Shown here in pieces: positions 42,033 through 54,495 of a DNA stretch of 64,000 nt. Origin of the DNA: Felis catus (taxonomy: Eukaryota); contig NC_058368.1 of NCBI RefSeq assembly GCF_018350175.1, forward strand, positions 153,824,001-153,888,000. Direction: 5' to 3'. Each line of letters starts with the position of its first letter. Within the stretch, counting starts at the first letter, position 1. Both the position numbers and the translations under genes were made by a program. The notes beneath the pieces are model-generated. The model made no database searches. It was not told the origin of the DNA and was given only the letters and a program-made list of their open reading frames with translations.

Positions 42033-43524
42033 AAAAAAATAATGCCAATAAAAGGCATTCCCAGCTATGTACCAACCTAAATGGCCTTGTTAAAATCGGA
42101 AGTCATATCTTTGTAAAAGCCCCACACGTCATGATTTTGTGATTTTTCTCTAGGACTGTTCAGCATGTAGAAATGAGCAGTGTGGATGACTGTGCTTATC
42201 TGGGGTAAGTGTTGACAGGGCAGGGTAGAGGAATTGTCAGCCTTACGGGCTTGAGCTGCTGCTGACAGAAAGACTTCACTTACTGATCAAGGATTCTTGG
42301 CTGCATAAGGAAGAAGGTAAGACCAGAAGAAAACCCACACAGAGACCTGGAGAGCCAAGAAGGGTAACACTCGATGCTTCTGGAAGTATAAATGTGCTCA
42401 GAAGAGAGTGCCCAGCACTTCTTTCACATGTGCTGGGACTGACAGACTCAGAGCTATTGTAAGTGCTGATTAGTTGAGAGACGTAAAAGAGACAATAAAA
42501 ATGACCTTGAGGAAAACAAGATTATTTTACAAAACAAATGAGGATGATTTTCAGTTCATATAAGTGCAAAATGGTGTTTTAGGGCAAAGGCAATGATACA
42601 GATACAGAGTAGAGAAATAGACAAAGATGGGTGGAAAAATAGATTTGGAAAATATCTCAACAAAGGTCTATGTATTTAAGGCCTTCGGGGTGGAGGAAAC
42701 AATCTGGATTATTTTCTTGTAGGCAGTTTCAGAAATTTGAGGAGTTAGGGACATTTTTGAAAAGCTTGTGGAATGTGTGAAGCAAGAAAGGGAAGCGAAT
42801 TTCCTCACTGTAAGAAAGCAAAAAATCTATGAAGTTTTCTCCTATCATAGTACAAACAATAAGCTATCAGGAGCAATGTGCAAAAAAATGTTTGTTGCAT
42901 AGATATATTTATTTCAGACAGAACATCAAGAGTCTGTATTACGTTCTTGGTATAATTTATATTGTGCCTTTCTGTTTTTCTTTTTTCTTAAGGGTTCTAA
43001 GAATAAGGTTTTTCCAGAAATGGATGGTTATATACAAAAGAAGTATTAGCTAGTTTGTTCCCTAATGTCAGATTTACAATCATGCGATACATTGAATGGG
43101 ATAATAATAAATGACTCATGAATGGATCAAATGATGGATCTCCTACTTGACGTGCACATAGTCTTATCCTAGGCCACTGAGCCAGACTTTCAGATGGGCC
43201 CTTACCTTTTCATTGCTCTCTGTGGGCCATAGCTCTCGTCAAGCAGTGTCCCTGGACAGCTGGCTCTGCCATGAACCATCTGGAGTTCTTACTCCCTAGT
43301 GATGCCCATTACAGAAAAGTTTCAAGTCCTCAACTTCACCTTTAGGGAATCTATATATCATTTAATGAGACATCCGGCAGCACATTTGCAAGATGATGTT
43401 GACCATAAAAAAAAAGAGTGTTTGGGAAAATTCTTACAGTTTTATTTTAAGAGAAATTATAACCATATAAAAGCTATTGCTATCAGGAGATTGCTACCTT
43501 CCTAACATGCAAACAGCAAACACA

Positions 43525-43690
43525 AATTGAGCAATTACTATGTGCCAGGTACTGTGCTAAGTGCTTTACATGCGTTATTTCACCACCCCAGCAATTAATT
43601 ATTTATAAGTTAGGAATCTAAGTTTTTATGGGTTAAGTAATTTCCTTAATAAGTGAAAAGCAGGCTGTAAAATCAGAACGATTTGTGTAC
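43525..43690 (-). mobile_element. MIR
   Basis: attgagcaattactatgtgccaggtactgtgctaagtgctttacatg is the reverse MIR 3' portion. Confidence 0.7.
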
Positions 43691-45030
43691 AGGCGTTCAT
43701 TTCACTTTTTGTTTATTGAGGACCTGCTGAGTTTAAGGTATCATTTTAGGTACAAGGAAAAAGAAGGTATGTAAAACATATATTTCCAGTCAAGCAGTTC
43801 ACACTTTAGCAGTCCAAGTAAATATGCCAACCACTTTCTATAATATACCATGGAAAGTTCTAAAATAGAACTCTGTAAACAGTTCTTTTGGGGGTACATA
43901 GGAGACCATTTTTTCCTAAGGAAGCAGAGAAAGATTTCACAGAAGAGGTGAAGTTTGAACTTTAAAAATGCTTTAAAGTATGGCTGGATTCCACTACAGA
44001 AACTTTTTTGTGTACATGGGAATGAAATGATTCAGCTTGGTCATTTTGTTCTCTACAACTTGAGAAAATTTACCAGGTATCATTTTTAAAAAAATCTAAT
44101 GTGTTATGCTTTTCAGGAGGGGGGGGTGGTGGTTGGTGAATAATAAAAAACAGAGGAAAGGAGGGAAAGAAAAGAGAGAAAGAAAAAAAAAGTGGAGCCA
44201 GAAATCAGGAGAGGAGAGAGAAATTTAGTTGCAGGGATGCATAAAATAGAGATAAAAGCTAAAAAAGGATTAGAAATGATTTTTGAAGTGATTGAGAAGA
44301 AACACAAGCCAAGAGAGGATCAGAGGACTATGGGTGAAATAAAAGACAGGGAGTCACAGAGAAGGAAACAAAGGAGAGATTTGGGTAAGAAGACAAAAAC
44401 AATTGTAGAAGATATTATGGCACGGTTGGTTATTTTAGGCTCTTATAATAAAAATACAATAACATGATAATTTTCATGGTAAATTTTCTCAGAAAAAAAT
44501 TGAAAATACTTGTTAAGAGTAGTTACAACCAAGAAGGCTGAGAGCATGCATTTGCCTTCCATGCCCATATCAACAAGATCTCCAAATATAGGAGATAAAG
44601 TCAGAGAGAGTCTTCAGCAGTAGCTTTCAAGTATCTTATTGTCTTGCTATGTGCCTGAATCATAATTTAAAAACAAAAACCAGTGATGTTGATTTTGGAG
44701 CCCATCCACCCAAAATAGTTTTCACTTTTCACGGAGAAGAAATGGCTTTGGTTTCGTATTTTAAAAAGGGAACTCCGTTCATATACAACTTTCATATATG
44801 ATTTATCAACGTATGATTTTTTAATTAAATCCTGAGGTTCTAAGTCTTTTACAAATTGGCAGATCGATGTGCTTTCAGAAAGTAGAAGACATCTTTAAGG
44901 AAGCGGTGATCCAAGGTTTTGGTGCTTTGTGAAAACTCCATTTCTGTTTCTATAGAAATGTTTGCGTTTCAATTCTACTCCCACCCACTGTTTTTTTGTT
45001 GTTGGTGGTGCTGTTCTGATGTTTTTAAGG

Positions 45031-45082
45031 GTGTGTGTGTGTGTGTGTGTGTGTCTGTGTGTGTGTGTGCGCGCGTGCGCGT
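45031..45082. repeat. (GT)n(GC)n tract
   Basis: Direct read. Confidence 0.92.
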
Positions 45083-46986
45083 TCATGTGTTTATGGTTTA
45101 TGTTGTTGTCGTTATTGTTCTAATAGAAAGACTTTGGGGTGTGGTAGACTTTTCTGACTCTATCGCTATAAACTCTTGCAACACATAACAAACAACCGAT
45201 CAGAGAAATGGCAAACATTGTCTGTATTCTCTGTGCACTTGGCAGGGATTTTTCATATTGTACGTTATTGGCTCTGCTGTGTGATAGCACAACAGAGCCT
45301 TTGTAATGCTCTCGGCAGAGCTATTTATATGCTGCGACTCTACTAAGTATCCTTCCCTCTGCTGGTGTTCTTCCACAGACTCAAAGAGAGAGTGATTCGC
45401 CCGAATAAAAGAAGTATAGATTGACATTGCTTAGAGCACAGGATGCTGCAAAGGCAAAATAAGTCTTTATATAGCTCACATTAAGTATTATTATATTCAA
45501 TTGAATGGCAAAATGAAAGTTAGCCCAAAATGAAGTAAAAAGAGGTTTCTTTGTGGCAGCTCAGGATAATTAGAATCTGGTTGGCATGCACCTGTGTTTG
45601 ATGCTCCAAATATGTGTGTCAAAGGGCCCTGGACCCCAGGGTCATCTGGCTTTTAGTGATTTCCTTCAGCAACTGTTAGCATCAAAACTTAAAAAGATGA
45701 ATGCCAAAAGGCTCCCTGTCACCTGTAGTCACTTTTTGAAATGGATTACTGAAAATTTAAATGACTTGGCTATACACACTACCCAATAAGTAGAATAAAC
45801 GTAGAATCCAACAGCAACAAAAAGGCAACAAATGTTATTTTATTTTTATTTTTTTTTAACATCCAAAATAGTCACTAACAATCTGAAGCTGATGTTAAAT
45901 CGTCTAGGAAAATACAGTTGTAATTTTCTTTCATATCCTGTTTTGGTTGACACTGAATCACTTATATTTGAGGCGTTAGCTCCTTCTCAAAATTAACCTC
46001 AATCGTTTATGTTTTTCTGAACGTATTTAAAATTTGTCATTGTCATTATGCTGGTACTTTTCTAAGGACATTGGGCTGAGATGACATTCTTGCATTAGCT
46101 GGACATGGGATGTGTTCTCTGTTATCAAATTCAACCAACAAGGGCTTGCCTGCAATCTGACATTTGTATTCATATTAAAAGGTCTGATATTTGGATTCAC
46201 TCATATTCAGTCATGACATGTTCAGCAGCATGACTTTAAAAATAGCATAAAATGCATAAAAATAATAAGGGAAAGAGATACTAGCAGAATGTGATGCACC
46301 AGTTAATGTCACACTAACCCGAGGATATAGGAAATGTCAATTCTCAGTGGTTAAGGCAGACCACAGATGTGTGTGCAGTCCCAGGAAAAAGTGATTATGT
46401 AAAAGACTGATGATCTTTTATTTGCTATTTGTTCATTTCTTGGTTAACTGTGTAAAAGATCAGGGAGACACAGAGTAACTTTCTGGTCCTTACTAGCACA
46501 ATAAGGTGAATTCTAGAAGGAAAAAAGAAAAAATCAGCTTTCAATTTTTAAAAATAAAGCCTTGTTATGTACTTGCTTAACGAGTAACATTATTTTGATG
46601 AAAAAAGAGCAGGTACTTTGTTCTCCTGATGGTATAGTTCTATATATTACTTGCTTGGGGAGTTTTAAAAGGTCTCCAATAACCATATTTCAATTGTTAT
46701 CTGACTTGTTTTCTCCATGTAGGGTATAAGCACAAAAACTTTACTTAGATTTATTATTTAAGAAATAGTTAAATAGATATTATATGAAATCTTGCTGAGT
46801 TAGCCAAAGAAACCGAAGACCTGAAATGGTTTGTATTCCAACTTTCAAATTTAATGAGTGTGATAAAATACATATTCTAACAAAATTATGTTGAGTAAGA
46901 GGAAGTTGACTGATTGGAAATACAGAGGATTTATTTAGGTAGGTATAAGATGACTATTCTTAAAATCAGCTTCCTAAGAAAGAAAA

Positions 46987-46987
46987 A

Positions 46988-47043
<56 letters not shown>

Positions 47044-47045
47044 AA
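46987..47045. repeat. (AAAG)n microsatellite flanked by a TSD-like duplication
   Basis: Direct read; aaaatcagcttcctaa 46962-46977 / aaaattaggttcctaa 47043-47058. Confidence 0.93.
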
Positions 47046-47569
47046 ATTAGGTTCCTAATTTGATTCCTCAAGAGGTTTTAGAATTTTTGCCCTGAAAAAT
47101 AACTATGCTAGATCTTTAAAAGTATGGTACGGCCTTTGAAAACACCATTATATCTGCCAAATAGAGTATATAGAGCTTAGCTATCCTTGAATGACTTCTC
47201 AGTAGAAATTCAGGCAGAGAAATGTCTAAAACAGTTTCTCCCAATAGTGTATCTTGTGAAATAGTAGGCCATTTAAATATTTGGAAGAAAAAATGGATTC
47301 TCTTGTCAAATAGATGTCGGAAGCTATGCGTGTTTTTAACCCTCTCTCAAATTTCAAAAGCATATTAATATATCAAGCCCTTTGAGAAGTGCTACAATTA
47401 ATAAAACTGTTTACCCTTGCCTGACACAGCATTTTAAAATGTACTTGACCATGAAGTCACGTTATTACATAGTACCCAGGGAAACTAGCATTTCAGATGA
47501 CGCAGTTTAGGCATATCAATTGACAGTGGAGAAAAGTAACTACATTTTGAGAATAAATTGAGCTCCAAG

Positions 47570-47755
47570 TATTAAGTAATGTAAAATATTATCTTCCTTA
47601 ACAATCACTGTAAAGGTACTTGGCAGGTATTATCTTCATTTGAAAAATGAGAAAACTCAGGTTCAGGCAGATTGAGTTCCCTGCTCTGGTGACAGAAAGC
47701 ATAGGAGAGCTGGGCCAGAAGTCAAACCCAGGTCTGTGTGATTTTAAAGCTCAGG
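47570..47755 (-). mobile_element. MIR
   Basis: ggtattatcttcatttgaaaaatgagaaaactcaggttcag...gtcaaacccaggtctgtgtga. Confidence 0.7.
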
Positions 47756-48181
47756 ATTAGTTCTGTGTTCTGTTATGTCATAAAAATGTTTTGCTCCACA
47801 ATTAAGCCTATTCCCTAATTTTTGTTTCTCTCCGTGGATCAGAAAGAGCATAAACGACTCTTTCAAAAAGTCGAAAGTGATCAATGACCACATTTATTAT
47901 GGAGTTGCTATCGAGATCACGCTACTTTTACTTTTCAAGACACACAAACAAGTACTTAAATGACAATAAGAAATTGGATTTGTTAAGAGGCCAGATGAAT
48001 AGAGCAGAAGCTAAGGGATTTAAGTGCTTCCAACAAGGTGAGATAAATATGTTCCTTACTTCCTCTTCTCCTGGCATAGATTACAGGGGCCATTATTATA
48101 GCACCGCCTTTCACCTTTCCCATTGCTTAACTTTTCCTACATCTTTAGCGAGTTAGCAAAACACGACCCTCACGCCCCCGC

Positions 48182-48400
48182 TTTTTTTTAAAAAAAAGTT
48201 TATTTATTTATTTTGAGAGTGAGACCAAGCAGGCACAAGCAGCTGAGGGGCAGAGAGAGAGGGAGAGAAAGAGAATCCCAAGCAGACTCTGCGCCAACAG
48301 CACAGCACTGACACAAGCAGATTCAGGGCTTGAACTCACGAACCCCTAGATCGTGACCAGAGCCGAAATCCAGAGTTGAAAACTTAACCGACTGAGACTC
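48182..48400 (-). mobile_element. Can-SINE, slightly 5'-truncated
   Basis: SINEC body and (GA)n tract; TSD-like ccccgcttttttt / ccccacttttttt. Confidence 0.88.
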
Positions 48401-48509
48401 CACCCCCACTTTTTTTTTTTCAATAACTCTCCACCCACTCCATGCATGTGCATGAAGAGCTAAGGGAGAGCATAAATAAATCATCTGTACGAGGTGACTG
48501 ATCTGAGGT

Positions 48510-49560
48510 TACATGCTCTTCTCCTGTACTAGACCATTTCTTATTTTCTTTTCTCTGCTCAAACTTCTTACCCAGCTCCATATCATCATCTTCTGCCGAC
48601 AACCTTGCTACCTATTTCACAGGTAACAGAAAAACAGAAGCAGAGAAAACACACAGAGAAAACAGAAGCAGGTGAGACTCAGAAAAGAACTTGTGTATAC
48701 TTCCACATCTTTCAATCTCCTTACACGTGTGTCTGTGTTCTGCCCTCTCTTGGTTATCATGGAATAACTGCTTAATCCTTATTTTCATCCTTATTTCAAC
48801 CTCTTTCCTTTACAGTAAAGTTCCTCAAAAATCTTAGGTACTTATTAGTAAGAACTCTCTGCCCAAGCTCTCTTGAACCCATTGTAATCAGGCTTTGTTC
48901 CTATCAATCCCCTGAAATGCTGTTGTCACAGGCACTAGTGACCTCCATGTTGCCAACTATAATGATTGCTTTACAACTTTGTAGCAACATTTCTGACATA
49001 ACTGATCATCCTCTCCTTCTAGAAAAAGCTTCTTTCATGTAGGTTTCAAGACACCATTCTCTTAGTGGTCCTGCTTAGCGGCTGTTCCCTTTAGTCTCCT
49101 TGGCTGGTTCTGGAGAGCCATCAGCTTTCGGGACCTCTTTTCATTTTTGTCAACTTTTCCTGCCTGGATTAGCTCATCTAGACTCTTAGTTTTAAACACT
49201 ATCTATTTGTTGATGACTCTCATATGAATATATCCTTTCCAGACCTCTTTCCCATAAGTCTCCATGTTGGTATCTAACAGTTAAATCAATAATATATAGG
49301 ATTCCCGAATCAAAATGTTGTATACCTGAAACTAATACAGCATCATGTTAATTACACTTCAATAAGAATTATTAAAAAATAAATAAAAAGTTACAATGAG
49401 AAAGGTGGTGTAAAAAACACTAAAATGATACAGATAAGTCTTATCTCTTCAAAAGAAATTTAAAACACATTAAAAAATTCAAAGTGTCAAAACAGAAATT
49501 CTGAATGTCTCCTTTATACTCCCTCCAGTCTTTCCTATCTCAGTAAATAGCAACTCCGTC
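48510..49560 (+). mobile_element. L2 relic containing a short L1 3' end (about 49285-49390)
   Basis: L2 motifs ttgtaatcaggctttgttcc, gtgacctccatgttgccaa, gatgactctcat; tacctgaaactaat plus A tail is an L1 terminus. Confidence 0.6.
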
Positions 49561-49599
49561 TCTGCATATATTGTTGCTGATTCAGAACACACACTTCAT

Positions 49600-51150
49600 C
49601 ATGTAGAACAGCAATTCAATGACTCAAGGCATTGTGTACCTTCTGATACTACTGTATTTAATCGACCATCTTTCAATTGTGTAACTTCATCTATTTCTGG
49701 GTAATGTATATGGTGAGAATGTGAAACTCATACGCATCAGTTCTTTACCTACTTGCTTAATTATGAAGCACATTCCTTAATGATGATGAATGAGACATCC
49801 GGTAAGTAACCAGATGATTTTTCTGACACACACATGGTAGATAGATAAGGAAAATCCAAATCCAAGAAAAGTGTTGTTTTGTTGTTTTTTTTTTTCCTAG
49901 TGAGCCAAATCTCTGCTCTCCCCATGATGGAAATAGTTTAACAAACCATCAAGTGAATGATAGATTTTAACATTATATGGCAAAATTTGAGGGTTTCAAA
50001 TTCAACTCTCATGTTGGAATCTTGACACTTAGTGGTAGTAGTAGCCAGATCAGTCTGGGTAAAGAAGAGTCCTTTTAATTGGGCTCATATATAGCCTCTG
50101 TATTTGTCATACCGGTGCCTTGTTTGTGACCACTAGTTATTGTGTATTTATGTGAAAGTGCTGGCTTAAGGGAATTACTGTGAAAAAGAGGGTAATGGCA
50201 TTCATGAGAGGAGTATCTTGTCTGCCTGATTATTGAGAACCTCTTCCATTGTAGAGGTGAGCATTCAAGAACACAAACATTGAGACCATATGGAGACTAT
50301 TTCAAGATACCCATCCAGATACCTTTGCCTAAACCAGTCAGTTATTGGTCCTCAAATATTTTGAATTTCTGACTATTTAACCAAATTTTAGCCACTATCT
50401 ATGTACTATATAAAGCTTTACATCAGACTCTTTCTCTTTCCAGGTAAAGAGGGCAATGAGATGTGTCATACAAATTTCTACCTCTTGGATTTTCTTCCCT
50501 ATCCTTCAGAGGTTGTTCTTAGGCCCTATTCAGGTTGGGATCAGCGTATGGTACACTGTAAGACAAATTCAGTTTTTTCCTTTTCAGTTAACAAACATAG
50601 GGAACTCCCCTTGAGTCTGTAAGTATGAATTGAAAGATCAGTAGCAACATGGCAGGGATTGTCATGTTGAGAACGGAAGTCAAAATCTTCTGCAACTTAC
50701 TTGTACATTCAGGCTCTTCTAGTCCTTATAATAAGTAAACTTTCACCTGGAAATCAATGTATATTGATTACATTGGAGTTCATGGCTTTTAATAACACTA
50801 AGCATGTCAGAACACATTGTTATCTGTTATCTAAAAATTACGGGTAGAAAAAGTCAAGAGCTATTTCTTTTCAGAAGAAGACATGATTTTACTGTGAACC
50901 CCACCAGACATTGAGATGATTATCTTTTGTATATAACAAGTCTTAGCAGCCCAGCCCACCTGAGGTTTGGAGAGTACCAGTGGACCCACTGGTTCATAAG
51001 GACCTATTGACAGAACCACTTGTATTGAACCTGAAACATTTGAAGATCCTGTTCTTGTTCTGAGTTTCACACAAAGTGGCTTTGTTTAGGGCATCCAGTA
51101 ATTGGGATAGAAAAGCACATCTAAATGTGGCATATGTCAGCAGCTCTGAT
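49600..51150 (-). mobile_element. ERVL-class internal pol relic (RNase H/integrase region)
   Basis: gtggtagtagtagccagatcagtctgggtaaagaagagtcc..ttgggctcatatatagcctc and caacttacttgtacattcagg resemble reverse ERVL pol (integrase zinc-binding region); no intact ORF. Confidence 0.65.
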
Positions 51151-53075
51151 ATAACATTTTGAAAACACAAATTTCAATGGATATATTGGGAGACAATTTG
51201 AGAATAGTGTCTTATAATTACGATTGTGAGAAAAACTGGGTGACCTCTATTTTTCTCTTAAGTCTAGTGATTTGATTGTATAATTTTGCATAGTAGGGCA
51301 ATTTTCAGGAATACACATGTCACGTTAGAACAGAATTGACTGTACAACGTAACGTGGGAGAGCAATTCCCACAAACAGGAAGATTAGTCAGATATTTGGA
51401 GCCCAACAAATGGCAATTTTCCACAGAAAATAGAACAATAAGGACTGAGAATTGAAGCAAGAAAGAGATTTCAGTATCAATGTATTGAATATTTACTATA
51501 TCCTAGACTCTATCTATGTTAGATATTTAAAAAAATTCATTATTTCACAGAAGGAGGCTGCTAGTAATGTCAGAATGGTAGAACAGGCATCATATTACCT
51601 AGAAAGGATGAAGAATGGTTCCAGAGGAGAGAGTTTTAATTATAGACTATTAAAGGATACTAGCATCATCTAGGTCTCATAAGAGAGTGGGATCCTGACA
51701 ATAGTATGGCATTTGCAAGGACAAATTAATAGACAAAGAAATGTGTAAATATAAGATCTGCAGGCGCTCTCCCTTCAAGTCGTTAAAAATTTATTGTTAG
51801 AGTTAAGACATTCATAAAACACTACTAGTGGGTGATATGTTATTAATGTCAAATGTGTGTCATGGGTTCTTCAGAATTGGAACCATGAGAGAAAGCTTTT
51901 TGGAGAAGATGTTGATTTTACTGTATCTTAAAAAACAGTTTGAGTGTAGATAGAGAAGGGGAAGAGGTCTTTCTCAGAGGAAGGAAGGATAAGGACAAAA
52001 GGAGAGGGGTAAATGCATATTAGAACATGATTTCAGGAAGATGAAAATCCAGAGAAAACAGAAAGAAAGCAGAGATAAACCAGAGACATTCAGTGGGAAA
52101 AATAATGGTGTGCTTAGAAACATGTTTTCAGTGAAATAGTGAGAATGAATATCAATTCAGCTAAGTTGGCTGAGGGTGGTGAAAAACAGAAGCAGTGGAG
52201 TTCGACCATTTGTTTCATAAACTTTGATGGAAAAGCTACTGCAGTAGATCAAGGATTCGGAATGTTCAAGCAGTTACTCAAGAGAGGTATGTGCATGCTT
52301 CAAGGCAAACTTAAAAAAAAATCTATAAAAATCTTAAATTAGTTTATATTTTTGACCTAAAGATAAACTATACTTATGGGTCAAGAGTATTTTTTGCACT
52401 AGATTGTCTCTGAACTATTTTGCATTTGCTTTTCTGGTTTTTATTCATCAGTAAACTTTTATTTTCTTCCATCATAATTGCATATATAGACTAAAAAGTG
52501 TATTCTTATCCCAAATGTGTAACATTTCAATTCTGAAATAAAATTATAAATTCTTAAAGTTTTCTAATTGAAATGTATTAATGAATATTCCTTCTGCCCA
52601 AACCTTCTTAATTTGGAAATATTATAATCATCTTTGTCATATTTAGCTTTATTCTCCAGACCACAGACCCTTTTATCTGATATACTAGCCTAGAACATGG
52701 TTTAATTAAAAGGAATACCTGTCAATAAAGCTGCCATTTAAAATAATCTTCCCATATGGCTAGTAAGAATTTGTCATTAATATTTTTGAGGAAAATTTAG
52801 TAACACAGATCAAATTAAAAATAATATCAATTGATCTAGAAACTCTTGATTAAATAATTTAAGAATGAATTTCCTTAGAGTGCTATTTATAGTGGTAAAA
52901 AATTAGGAAAACAAACAGGGGAATGGGTAAATAAGTCATGGTAAAATAAATTCACTTACGCAATGGAATGTTAATCAGCAATTTAAACATTTTAAAAAAT
53001 CTGTATGACGGTACGAGTATGCTTAAAGTACAGAGTACAGTATAGGGAGGGAAAATCAGAAATTAAACATTTTAA

Positions 53076-53085
53076 AAATGTTTAT

Positions 53086-53127
<42 letters not shown>

Positions 53128-53322
53128 CAGTGCGCAAGTGCACAAGCAGGAGAGGGGTAGATAGAGAGGAAGAGAGAGAATCCCAAACAGGCTCCATGCT
53201 GTCAGCACTGAGCCTGATCAGGGGCTTGATCTCACAGTTTGTGAGATCTAACAAACTGTGAGGTCATGACCTTAGCCAAATTCAAGAATTAGACGCTTAA
53301 CCAAATGATGACCAGGTACCCC
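53076..53322 (-). mobile_element. Can-SINE with an internal palindromic duplication
   Basis: (GA)n tract and SINEC body; TSD aattaaacattttaa 53061-53075 / 53326-53340. Confidence 0.92.
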
Positions 53323-54133
53323 AGTAATTAAACATTTTAATATGAGTTCAGTGGCATGACTATTATGTATATTAGAGAATGTTATCAAAATTAACGAGTT
53401 TCTGTTTTTGTTTTTGCTAATTGTGGCTATAAAGATGATTTGAACTTTCCTGTTTGCACTTGCCTACATTTACAAATTCTCTGTAATGAGCATAAATTAT
53501 TCCTATAATTGAAGAAAATGTAAAAATATATATTTTAAAATGATGAACGCACTATAACATCAAAATTACAAAATTAGAAGGGAGCAAGTTAACTCAAACT
53601 CTAAGAAAGCTTACACACAGATGTGAAATTGTGATATTTTCCACTGTAATCTCAACATGTGGAGAGTGACTACAATTAGAAATAAACCAGTGCTTAAGCT
53701 TCACTGTGAAACCTTGGAAGGTGCTGATGACACAGGCAAAGGAGAAATCAAATTCTTTTTTGTGAAGGACATTAGAATTTTTTTTTTAAAAGAGGATTTA
53801 TGTTTGCTACTGAAGCAACTTTGCCACCAGATGCTTCTGTTTAGTTTTTATAAGGACTGTAGTTGTTCACCTCTGAAATATTAACTACTGTTTGGCTAGT
53901 ATGCAAATGCTAAATCAAACACCTGTTTTCAAGACATGCACAGTTGATAGTCTGCAGGCTCTACTCCATCTGATGCTACATGTTGCATTTTTTGAGGAGG
54001 TATTACCTCAAAGAGGAATCTCCACTTGTAAATGATGGGTTAACATGGGGGTTTCTCTTTCTATTCTTATTTTTTTAGTTTTAGAATGCAACCTCTTATT
54101 TTTGACTTTCTGCAGCCTTTATATTCAATATTT

Positions 54134-54247
54134 TTTCTTTTCAAATTTCTACTTAAATTCTAGTTAGTTAACATACAGTGCAATATTGGTTTCAGGAATA
54201 GAATTCAGTGATTCATCACTTATATACAACACCCAGTGCTCATCACA
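54134..54247 (-). mobile_element. Very short carnivore L1 3' end
   Basis: ttagttaacatacagtgcaatattggtttcagg...tacaacacccagtgctcatcaca; TSD ttatattcaatattt / ttatgttcaatgttt. Confidence 0.85.
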
Positions 54248-54461
54248 TTATGTTCAATGTTTATTTCTTGCTTATTGTCCTGTTTTTACCATGTGTTATT
54301 TTAAGTTATAATACATCATGACGACAGGAACCAACAAGCAAGTTTTCTGGGGACTTTATCCTGAGAAATATCTACCTGTTGGGTGGAAAACTTTGCTTCT
54401 GTTTGCAGGGCTGTATCCCAGACAAGTTTAGCTAAGATTTCAGCTTTGCTTTCAGGGATAG

Positions 54462-54462
54462 G

Positions 54463-54492
<30 letters not shown>
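54462..54492. repeat. (GATA)n microsatellite
   Basis: Direct read. Confidence 0.9.

Positions 54493-54495
<3 letters not shown>

Noticed and set aside
44192..44467. 91-aa K/E/R-rich ORF
   Set aside because: Low-complexity purine-rich sequence with a non-ATG start and no recognisable domain
47225..47520. Possible non-autonomous hAT-Charlie element
   Set aside because: Terminal inverted repeats too degenerate to define confidently
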